From: Vicingaceae bacterium
GTDB taxonomy: Bacteria; Bacteroidota; Bacteroidia; Flavobacteriales_E; Vicingaceae
NCBI GenBank assembly: GCA_965267605.1
Contig: OZ254088.1
Location: forward strand, 1,354,790 to 1,418,789
Reading direction: 5' to 3'
Length of the DNA stretch: 64,000 bases
Of the stretch, positions 56,276 to 64,000 are shown piece by piece. The position numbers and the translations under genes were made by a program. How positions within the stretch are numbered: position 1 is the first letter of the stretch; each line of letters begins with the position of its first letter. The notes beneath the pieces were generated by a model that was given only the letters and a program-made list of their open reading frames with translations, searched no databases and was not told the DNA's origin.

Positions 56276-57335
56276 CAATTGGCCAACCATAGAACCTGCG
56301 AATCTTGATCAATTGATCAAGTATAAACGCGGTGAGCTTTCTGATCAGGAGGCACACAAGGTTGAGCTCTTCCTTTCAGAGTTCGATGCTGATTTGTTGG
56401 ATGGCATCAGCCTGGACGATCTCGAAAAACTTCGGGATGTTGAGGTAAGGCGACCAGTAAATGCTAAACGTGGATTATCTCCTTTAAGAATTGCTGCTGG
56501 CATTGCCGCGCTGGTGGGCATCCTGGCACTTACCTACGTGCTCACGCAGGACAAATTGGCTGGAGATGACATTGTAATGCATGAAGCAACGGATGAGGTT
56601 GTAAAGGATGTGGAGGACGATACACACACGGAAGCGGTTGTAGAAGAAGAATCTCCAACCGAGACGGTTAGCGATCACCAGGAAGAGAGCACAGAAGACG
56701 TAGCGCCTCAGGAAAATATAGATATTGAGTCAGATGAGGTTGTAGGTCACACACCAGCTGTTAACCCTGACATCGAAAATGACAATGAGAGTAAGAAGGA
56801 TAAGTCTACCGATAACTCGAACAACCTGAAGTTATCCGACAATAATGAAGATGCACTTACCGAAGAAACCGAAGCGATAAGTGCAGCTAAATACAAGATC
56901 GCGGAGAAAGACGCGGTCGTTAAAACAGAAGCCCCTGTTGTATATACGATTATTGAGAAGTACAACAACCCGAAAGACAAGCCTGCTGATGTTCCAAAAA
57001 CTGCAAGGGCATTTGCTAAGTCTACTGTAGGTGTTTCAAAGAATACTTACCGAAGAAAAGTATCTCCTTCATTTCCTGGGGGTGACGTTGCTTTAATTAA
57101 ATGGTTTGAAGACAATTACACGGAATTAATTAAAGAGGGTGATCAACCATTTAAACTTACCTTTAAAGTAACCAAAAAGGCAAAATTGGTGGATGCCGTG
57201 TTCACTGATATTGACAAGAACAAAACCCCCGCGTTCAGTAAAAAACTGAAGGAGATGCCCGACTGGAACAAGCCTGAGTCCAACTACGATCCGTTAGACA
57301 TCTACTATTCTATTTGGATAGCTCCAAAGCAATAA
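56256..57335 (+). CDS. Putative anti-sigma factor (one transmembrane helix, acidic periplasmic region)
   Basis: N-terminal LIKYKRGELSDQEAHKVELFLSE matches the anti-sigma (LxxYxxGELxxxExxxVExxL) motif; transmembrane helix IAAGIAALVGILALTYVL. It overlaps the sigma gene. Confidence 0.6.
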   Translation: MNEGNHNNWPTIEPANLDQLIKYKRGELSDQEAHKVELFLSEFDADLLDGISLDDLEKLRDVEVRRPVNAKRGLSPLRIAAGIAALVGILALTYVLTQDKLAGDDIVMHEATDEVVKDVEDDTHTEAVVEEESPTETVSDHQEESTEDVAPQENIDIESDEVVGHTPAVNPDIENDNESKKDKSTDNSNNLKLSDNNEDALTEETEAISAAKYKIAEKDAVVKTEAPVVYTIIEKYNNPKDKPADVPKTARAFAKSTVGVSKNTYRRKVSPSFPGGDVALIKWFEDNYTELIKEGDQPFKLTFKVTKKAKLVDAVFTDIDKNKTPAFSKKLKEMPDWNKPESNYDPLDIYYSIWIAPKQ

Positions 57336-57338
57336 CAC

Positions 57339-57728
57339 CTACTCCCAGATCTGTTCGGCATCCCTGATCTCTTTGATCACCGGAATGAGAAATCCTGCAA
57401 ATGCCAAAACGAATGCAGGAAGTGAAATAATCAGGATTTTATCGATCGGGTAACTTGTAATAAGGTAGTAGACCACCATTCCCGTTGACAGAACAAATAA
57501 AGCGCTAAGCTGAAACTTATTTCTTTTCCAGGACAACAGTTCAGCACAAAAGAAACCAGCCATGATTCCCATAGAACCCAACATCATTACTCCAGCCCCA
57601 GGCCAATGCATCAACATGAATGTTCTTCCGATGAGAAACAATACGAGTATCCACAACAAATGGAAGTAACGCTTTCTCTTTGGCTTCTTCGATTTTTCTG
57701 CAAGATCTTTGTCCAGTATCTCTGTCAT
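57339..57728 (-). CDS. Hypothetical integral membrane protein
   Basis: Four hydrophobic helices; no motif recognised. Confidence 0.45.
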   Translation of the reverse strand: MTEILDKDLAEKSKKPKRKRYFHLLWILVLFLIGRTFMLMHWPGAGVMMLGSMGIMAGFFCAELLSWKRNKFQLSALFVLSTGMVVYYLITSYPIDKILIISLPAFVLAFAGFLIPVIKEIRDAEQIWE

Positions 57729-57789
57729 TCCTCCCTGTAGTACTTTGAAAATACACGTTTTAATCGGATTTTAGCGTAAACTACTATCC

Positions 57790-59433
57790 ATGCCTACGAG
57801 ACTGCTTTCAACCATCTTCCTGAGCCTTATTGCATTTGTTGGAATCGCGCAACCCCACACCTGGGACCAGGTTTACAACTTAATGCAAACGAAATGTGCC
57901 ATTCCTGGGTGCCATGACAATGGAACGCAGACCGGTGGTCTTGACCTTCAGGGAGCGGGTGCTTCAGCCCAACAGAACGTGTATAACGCTATCGTTGGAG
58001 GGACACCTGCCAATTCTTACGCTTCTTCGCAGGGATACGAAGTAGTTTTTCCCGGTGATCCTTACCGAAGCAGCATTTTTAGAAAGATCAACGCAGGACT
58101 GGATCCTTATGTAACCCTTAACGGTTCTGAAGGTGGCAATATGCCTCAAGGTTCTTCGCTGACTGATGAAGAGAAAGAACTGATCCGGCAGTGGATCGTA
58201 TTTGGCGCAAGAGATACCGGGTACGTTGCAGACACAAACCTCATTGCGCAATATTATGGCGGCAATGGCATCGATGGCGTTCCCAACCCTATTGCCGCAC
58301 CAGCGCCTGGACAAGGATTCCAAATTAAGGTGGGGCCTTTCTTCCTTCCAGCACTTGGAGAAGACGAATTCTACACGAAGTACCCGATAAGAAACGCTGC
58401 GAACATGGAGGTCATGCGGATGGATAATGAAATGGGTACATCCTACTCGCATCACTTCCTGGTATATCGCTTTACGAGTAATCAAAATCAGTATCTCGAT
58501 GGGCTTCGACACAAGAATGCCCACTACCACACAGATTTCGTGGCGGCATACGGACAGTCAGACAGCCTGAAACTTCCTGCCGGAACAGGTTGGCGATGGG
58601 GCGCCAATACCATATTGGACCTGAACACACACTATGTGAACTACGACAACAGCAAAGTATTGAAGTGTGAAACATTCGTGAATATTTACACGCAGACCTA
58701 TGGAACTGCGGTTCATGAAATGAAATCGCAGTTAATCCCTTACGTGTTCCTTATCATTCCTAACAACGGACAAACGATGACGTTCACCCACAATATCTTT
58801 GATACCGCTGCTTCAGCCGTGAATGATGATATGTTTATCTGGGCCATGTCCTCACATACACATCAATGGGGAAAATCGTTCGAGGTCAACACAAGAGATA
58901 TCAATGGTCAAATTGACACCAAGATCTATGACGCAGAGCGTCTGCATGGAGTTCCGGGAGGTCAGTACATTGGCTATGACTACCAACACCCTCCAACCAG
59001 ATACTGGTATTATCCTTTTATGCCTGTAAAGAAGAATGAGGGTCTGATATCCGTTGCCACCTTTAACAACACAGGTGGACAAACGGTGTACTGGGGACCA
59101 ACATCAGACGATGAAATGATGATCACCGGTATCATGTTTATTGAAGATACTACTGGATTAGGTATTGTAAGTGGCATCAACCATGTGCAGAAAGGAAGGG
59201 AAATACTCCACCTGTACCCTAACCCTTCAACCGGAATGGTGAATATTGCTCTCCCACCAGGAGAAAAACCTGCACAAATCAGGATAGTAGATCTTATGGG
59301 GCGTGAGGTAATGAACGAAGCTCTTAGATCCAAGCAGTTGAACCTTCAATATTTGAGTGCCGGAACGTTTATCGTGACTTTGCGCTCTGATAACGGAACA
59401 GTTAGAAGAACCAAGCTGATCATCTCGGAATAA
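57790..59433 (+). CDS. T9SS cargo protein with an N-terminal PSCyt-like (Planctomycete-type cytochrome c-like) domain carrying a C-x3-CH motif
   Basis: Signal peptide; WDQVYNLMQTKCAIPGCHDNGTQTGGLDL...NMPQGSSLTDEEKELIRQWIVFGA; the C-terminal ILHLYPNPSTGMVNIAL...GTFIVTLRSDNG...KLIISE is a T9SS C-terminal domain. Confidence 0.6.
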   Translation: MPTRLLSTIFLSLIAFVGIAQPHTWDQVYNLMQTKCAIPGCHDNGTQTGGLDLQGAGASAQQNVYNAIVGGTPANSYASSQGYEVVFPGDPYRSSIFRKINAGLDPYVTLNGSEGGNMPQGSSLTDEEKELIRQWIVFGARDTGYVADTNLIAQYYGGNGIDGVPNPIAAPAPGQGFQIKVGPFFLPALGEDEFYTKYPIRNAANMEVMRMDNEMGTSYSHHFLVYRFTSNQNQYLDGLRHKNAHYHTDFVAAYGQSDSLKLPAGTGWRWGANTILDLNTHYVNYDNSKVLKCETFVNIYTQTYGTAVHEMKSQLIPYVFLIIPNNGQTMTFTHNIFDTAASAVNDDMFIWAMSSHTHQWGKSFEVNTRDINGQIDTKIYDAERLHGVPGGQYIGYDYQHPPTRYWYYPFMPVKKNEGLISVATFNNTGGQTVYWGPTSDDEMMITGIMFIEDTTGLGIVSGINHVQKGREILHLYPNPSTGMVNIALPPGEKPAQIRIVDLMGREVMNEALRSKQLNLQYLSAGTFIVTLRSDNGTVRRTKLIISE

Positions 59434-59481
59434 AGGCAGGCACGCAGGTCCGCCAATCTTTGTATTTTCGCCTTCCTCAAA

Positions 59482-61083
59482 ATGAGCAAGGAAAGCGAAA
59501 TAGCACGTAGACGCACATTTGCGATCATTAGTCACCCGGATGCCGGTAAAACAACCCTTACCGAAAAGCTACTGTTATACGGTGGCGCAATCCAAACCGC
59601 TGGTGCTGTAAAGTCTAACAAGATTAAGAAGACCGCAACGTCAGATTTCATGGAAATTGAGCGACAGCGTGGTATTTCTGTAGCAACTTCTGTTATGGCA
59701 TTCGAGTACAATGGTCTCAAGATCAATCTCCTTGACACACCTGGACACAAAGACTTTGCGGAAGACACTTTCAGAACACTAACGGCTGTGGACAGCGTTG
59801 TTTTGGTTATTGACTGTGCCAATGGCGTTGAGCCACAGACCAAGCGTTTGATGGAAGTTTGCCGAATGCGAGACACACCTGTGATCGTATTCATCAACAA
59901 GTTGGACCGGGAAGGAAAAGACCCTTTCGAACTCCTGGATGAGCTAGAATCCCTTCTTCACATTAAGGTAAGACCTCTCAGTTGGCCCATAGGAATGGGA
60001 CAACGATTCAAAGGCGTCTACAACCTTCACAAACAAAACCTGAACCTTTTCCAAGCGGGAAAAACCAAGATTGAAGATGAAGTACTCTCCATTGACAACA
60101 TTGATGATCCGCAGATTGCAGAGTATGTAGGTGAAGAGTTTGCCGCACTGCTACAGGAAGAAGTAGAGCTTATTGATGGGGTGTACGATGAATTCAACAT
60201 TCAGCAATACCTGGATGGCAAACTGGCCCCGGTTTTCTTTGGTAGCGCCATCAACAATTTTGGGGTAAAGGAAATGCTAAATTCCTTTACCGAGATAGCC
60301 CCTGTACCTCAATCCAGACCAACCAGTGTTGGAGATGTGAACCCACAGGACAAGAACTTCTCTGGGTTCGTATTCAAAATACACGCGAACATTGATCCAC
60401 GACACAGAGACCGCATTGCTTTCCTAAGGGTGTGCTCAGGTGTATTTGAGCGAAACAAATTCTACCAACATGTTCGGATCGATAAGAAAATGAAGTTCCC
60501 TAACCCTACTACATTCATGGCATCTGACAAAAGCGTGGTAGATGAGGCTTTCCCGGGTGATGTGGTAGGACTTTATGATACTGGTAATTTCAAGATTGGA
60601 GATACCCTTACTGAAGGCGCCAAGTTCATGTTCAAAGGCATTCCCTCCTTCTCCCCGGAGTTATTCAAATCTGTTGAGAATAAGGACCCCATGAAGACCA
60701 AACAGCTTGAAAAGGGTGTGGAACAGCTAACAGACGAGGGTGTTGCCCAGCTATTCATTCAACAACCGGGAAACAAGAAGATCATTGGTACCGTTGGTGA
60801 ACTTCAGTTTGAGGTGATCAAATACAGACTTGAGCATGAATACGGTGCCAAGTGTGATTTTGCTCCATTGAGATTTCACAAGGCATGTTGGATGACCACA
60901 GACGATGAAGACAAGTTAAAGGAGTTCATTGCGCGAAAACCCCAATACATAGCTTACGACAAGGACGAGAACCCTGTATTCATGGCAGAATCTCAGTTCT
61001 TACTTCAAAATGCTCAGGACGAGTATCCAGAAATCAACTTCCATTTCACTTCAGATTTCAAGGTGACGGAAATGGAATTCTGA
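59482..61083 (+). CDS. prfC: Peptide chain release factor 3 (translational GTPase)
   Basis: [22 protein letters not shown] (G1), DTPGHKDF (G3), NKLD (G4); length and C-terminal domains match RF3. Confidence 0.9.
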   Translation: MSKESEIARRRTFAIISHPDAGKTTLTEKLLLYGGAIQTAGAVKSNKIKKTATSDFMEIERQRGISVATSVMAFEYNGLKINLLDTPGHKDFAEDTFRTLTAVDSVVLVIDCANGVEPQTKRLMEVCRMRDTPVIVFINKLDREGKDPFELLDELESLLHIKVRPLSWPIGMGQRFKGVYNLHKQNLNLFQAGKTKIEDEVLSIDNIDDPQIAEYVGEEFAALLQEEVELIDGVYDEFNIQQYLDGKLAPVFFGSAINNFGVKEMLNSFTEIAPVPQSRPTSVGDVNPQDKNFSGFVFKIHANIDPRHRDRIAFLRVCSGVFERNKFYQHVRIDKKMKFPNPTTFMASDKSVVDEAFPGDVVGLYDTGNFKIGDTLTEGAKFMFKGIPSFSPELFKSVENKDPMKTKQLEKGVEQLTDEGVAQLFIQQPGNKKIIGTVGELQFEVIKYRLEHEYGAKCDFAPLRFHKACWMTTDDEDKLKEFIARKPQYIAYDKDENPVFMAESQFLLQNAQDEYPEINFHFTSDFKVTEMEF

Positions 61084-61153
61084 GGTGGAGACATTTCACA
61101 CTGAATTAACCCACAACTGAAATGTTAGTAGTAATTTTCCAAAAACTTTTGGA

Positions 61154-62005
61154 ATGAAACGTATTGCCACCCTACTCCTTACTCAAGTATGTATTGCCGG
61201 TCTTTTTGCACAAACCTTTGTAATTAACGAGATCGACTACGATCAAAGCGGCACTGACAACGCTGAGTTCATAGAAATAAAGAACATTTCTTCTGGTCCA
61301 ATATCGTTGAGTGGCCATTACCTGTTGCTAATCAGTGGCGGTGGCTCCTTTCCAACAGTTTATGATTCAATAGCGCTACCTGGCACTACAGTTGCCGCTG
61401 GTGGATACTTCGTTGTTTGCGGTGATTCGGCTAACGTTCCAAATTGCGATTTTCTCTCTGGTACAACCACGCACTTTATTCAGAATGGTGGGACCGGTAC
61501 TACAGGACCTGATGCGGTTTCGATTCACAATGCTAACAAAACCAGGCTTGATGTTGTAAGCTATGAGGGTTCGCTTACGGGCCACGTTGAAGTGTCTGGC
61601 AATTTACTTCTGGATAATCCTAATAATCTGCTGTCAGGTATATCAAGAATTCCGGATGGAACAGATACCCAGAACAATGACCAGGATTTCCGTAGAAAGT
61701 GTATCTCGCCAGGTGCGGCCAACGTTACAGCCGATACTAACTGCGTGATCGTAACATCCACACCTAGCAAAGAAAACACACATGGCAAGGTAACCATCAG
61801 TCCAAATCCTACTACTGGAAAGCTCTTTTTCTCTGCCAGCAAGGGGAACCCAATTAGAATTGAGGTGATGGACTGGACCGGAAAAACGGTGAAGAAAGCG
61901 CCTTTCCAAAGAAGCGTGGACCTTACTACATTACCTGCTGGTATGTATTTTGTTCGCACCTATTTCAAAGACAACCTTCAGGTTGACAAGGTGATACTGA
62001 GGTAG
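61154..62005 (+). CDS. Lamin-tail-domain (LTD) protein with a T9SS type A C-terminal sorting domain
   Basis: FVINEIDYDQSGTDNAEFIEIKN...GYFVVCG is an LTD. The C-terminal VTISPNPTTGKLFF...GMYFVRTYF...KVILR is a T9SS C-terminal domain. Confidence 0.7.
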   Translation: MKRIATLLLTQVCIAGLFAQTFVINEIDYDQSGTDNAEFIEIKNISSGPISLSGHYLLLISGGGSFPTVYDSIALPGTTVAAGGYFVVCGDSANVPNCDFLSGTTTHFIQNGGTGTTGPDAVSIHNANKTRLDVVSYEGSLTGHVEVSGNLLLDNPNNLLSGISRIPDGTDTQNNDQDFRRKCISPGAANVTADTNCVIVTSTPSKENTHGKVTISPNPTTGKLFFSASKGNPIRIEVMDWTGKTVKKAPFQRSVDLTTLPAGMYFVRTYFKDNLQVDKVILR

Positions 62006-62113
62006 TTACGGAAACCTTCTAAAGTTCGGAGAAAGGTTAGCCTTTCAAAGCTTTTACATTTCCAAAATTGAGTGTAATTTCGATTCGCACGTGAACCGCA
62101 CAAACCTTTACGT

Positions 62114-64000
62114 ATGAAACACCTGAAACTACTAGTACTAGCGGCTTTGCTACCCGCTTTTGGACTAAAGGCACAGAATTACCTCGGCTATAGCACGAGT
62201 AATTATGCCGGAGTTCATAGTATCGATATGAACCCAGCAGAAATTGCCGATAGCAGATTCCATTTCGACATCAATCTTGTTGGATTGCAATTTGATCTTG
62301 ACAACAATTTCATCGGGCTGGATGGTCAGGTGTACAGGGATGCGCTTTTTGGGATTGGCGCACTAACCGATGATGATCCTTCTAACGATCCTTCGTGGAA
62401 TAACGATCCGGATTTCAACGATAAGTATTTGATCTTCAATGAGGGTAACCACACCCGAAGTGTATATCAGCACCTCGAGGTTATGGGGCCTTCGTTCATG
62501 TTTACAATCGCAGAGAACAGAATCGGTATTGGTTTTACATCCAAGGTTAGAAGTATAACAAACATTCAGGGTGTTGAAGAAGAACTAGCACGTCTTTCGT
62601 TCAACGAATTGATATACCCTTCCTTGTGGGTTACACAGCTGCAAAACGATTATTTGAGCGTACAGAGTAACACCTGGGCAGAATACGGACCAACATTCGC
62701 TATGACGGTAAAAGATGATGGCGAGCATTTCTTTAAGGTTGGTGGTAGACTTAAACTGCTTCAGGGACTTGGTTCTGCTTACATGCAAATAGAGAACCTT
62801 AACTACGAGTTTACAGATGATACCACACTTTCGCTTTTTAATGCGCAAGTAAACTACGGTCACTCTACCAACTTTACGTTTGGGGAAGGTGGGCAAGACA
62901 AATTCGAATACAAGTTCATCTCGAACCCAGGTGTTGGATTCGATTTTGGTGGTGTATACGAATGGAGACCTGACCACGAAGACTTCAAGTACGACATGGA
63001 CGGTGAGACCGGACTATGGAAAGGTTGGGAAAAGAAGTATAAAGCGAAAGTTGGTCTTTCTATCAACGATATTGGTGGAATGACATACCAAAAGGGCCAG
63101 TTGAGTGGTGACTTTACTGCGGATATCAACCTGTGGAACCTTCACGTGTTTGACGGAGCCAAAGGTATTCTGGATTTTGATTCTATTCTGAATGCAACAT
63201 TTGGTCTTCCCGGTGACGGAAGTACATATAAGATGTCGTTACCAACCAATATCAATCTGCAACTGGATTACCAGATTTGGAAGAACGTATATGTGAACTT
63301 GAACGGAGTTTACGCCTTCAAATTCAAGAAAGATCCGCACAAGGTTACAGGGCTATCAAGAATGACCCTTACCCCAAGATGGGATTGGAAATGGGTTGGC
63401 GCCTTCCTTCCACTCTCTTATAACGAGATGGGGAACTTTGAAGCTGGCATGGGGCTTAGATTTGGTCCATTCGTTGCGGGTACTTCTAACTTGAACGGAG
63501 TGTTCAGCAAAAAACCTGTCTACTCATCTGACTGGTATCTGGCTGTTAAAGTTCCATTCCTGAGAATTCCAGTGAAGGATAGAGACAACGATAAGGTGTC
63601 TGATAAGATGGATAAGTGTATCGACACTCCTGGTGTTTGGGAATTCCTTGGATGTCCTGATACAGATGGTGACCACATTCAGGATTCTCAGGATAAATGT
63701 CCTACCACTCCAGGTCTTGCTGAGTTCGAAGGATGTCCTGACACGGATGGTGACAAGATTCCAGATCCAGAAGACGATTGTGTTGAGGAGCCAGGATTGC
63801 CTGAATTCAAAGGTTGTCCAGACAAGGATAAAGATGGCATCATGGACAAAGAAGATAAGTGTCCTGAGCTTCCAGGTATCAAGCTTTACGATGGATGTCC
63901 TGATACGGATGGTGATAGCATCATTGATCCAGAGGATCTATGTCCTGAAGTGCCTGGTCCTAGAATCCTTCAAGGTTGTCCTGATTCTGATGATGATGGT
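62114..64000 (+). CDS. OmpA-family outer membrane protein with an N-terminal beta-barrel and thrombospondin type-3 (TSP3) calcium-binding repeats. It is 3'-truncated by the window end.
   Basis: Signal peptide MKHLKLLVLAALLPAFGLKAQ; beta-barrel region; then more than 7 CPDTDGD.I.D..D.CP..PG TSP3 repeats from about 63600. It is absent from the ORF track because no stop falls inside the window. Confidence 0.7.
   Translation, partial: MKHLKLLVLAALLPAFGLKAQNYLGYSTSNYAGVHSIDMNPAEIADSRFHFDINLVGLQFDLDNNFIGLDGQVYRDALFGIGALTDDDPSNDPSWNNDPDFNDKYLIFNEGNHTRSVYQHLEVMGPSFMFTIAENRIGIGFTSKVRSITNIQGVEEELARLSFNELIYPSLWVTQLQNDYLSVQSNTWAEYGPTFAMTVKDDGEHFFKVGGRLKLLQGLGSAYMQIENLNYEFTDDTTLSLFNAQVNYGHSTNFTFGEGGQDKFEYKFISNPGVGFDFGGVYEWRPDHEDFKYDMDGETGLWKGWEKKYKAKVGLSINDIGGMTYQKGQLSGDFTADINLWNLHVFDGAKGILDFDSILNATFGLPGDGSTYKMSLPTNINLQLDYQIWKNVYVNLNGVYAFKFKKDPHKVTGLSRMTLTPRWDWKWVGAFLPLSYNEMGNFEAGMGLRFGPFVAGTSNLNGVFSKKPVYSSDWYLAVKVPFLRIPVKDRDNDKVSDKMDKCIDTPGVWEFLGCPDTDGDHIQDSQDKCPTTPGLAEFEGCPDTDGDKIPDPEDDCVEEPGLPEFKGCPDKDKDGIMDKEDKCPELPGIKLYDGCPDTDGDSIIDPEDLCPEVPGPRILQGCPDSDDDG

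Noticed and set aside
61084-61125. 8-bp inverted repeat ACATTTCA...TGAAATGT after prfC
   Set aside because: 20-nt loop and no U-run, so a terminator is not convincing.
1-64000. tRNA, rRNA, integrase, transposase and prophage signals
   Set aside because: I scanned intergenic regions for T-psi-C-like GGTTCGAATCC motifs and for integrase/transposase-like ORFs and found none. A covariance-model scan (tRNAscan-SE/Infernal) would be definitive.

Overview
This looks like a chromosomal segment from a Bacteroidota genome, probably Flavobacteriia/Cytophagia-like. The evidence is that six proteins end in Por/T9SS C-terminal sorting domains, plus a GLPGLI protein, a DUF5686 protein, a short acidic-tail-less SSB and an OmpA-family protein with TSP3 repeats. 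I call about 55 protein genes with almost no strand bias, several likely operons with 4-bp start/stop overlaps, and four clear rho-independent terminators. By eye I found no rRNA, tRNA, CRISPR array, integrase, transposase or prophage signature.

The main known content is:
- secreted proteases: an M28 peptidase with a T9SS tail and an M1 peptidase
- a fused 2-oxoacid dehydrogenase E1 alpha/beta
- a lytic transglycosylase with LysM domains, followed by two SGNH-like proteins and an MBOAT acyltransferase
- two paralogous SpoIIE/PP2C phosphatase sensors
- an NfeD-flotillin operon
- an ssb / GIY-YIG / TfoX cluster
- an ECF sigma/anti-sigma pair
- prfC

The most unusual item is a 2,000-aa minus-strand gene at 46461..52463. 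It encodes an N-terminal outer-membrane beta-barrel, a poly-Gly linker, more than a dozen tandem Ig-like repeats, three Cys-containing modules of about 120 aa, and a basic Pro/Thr/Lys-rich tail. That is an inverse-autotransporter-like layout without a T9SS tail. A strong intrinsic terminator sits only about 60 bp upstream of its start.

Other points worth a second look:
- an 818-aa protein whose centre is about 55 copies of an 8-residue E/K/A unit (a single-alpha-helix-like spacer)
- a 42-bp remnant duplicating the last 13 codons of the TPR-SpoIIE gene with synonymous-only differences
- a T9SS cargo protein with a PSCyt-like domain carrying a C-x3-CH motif
- a standalone HIRAN-domain gene pair
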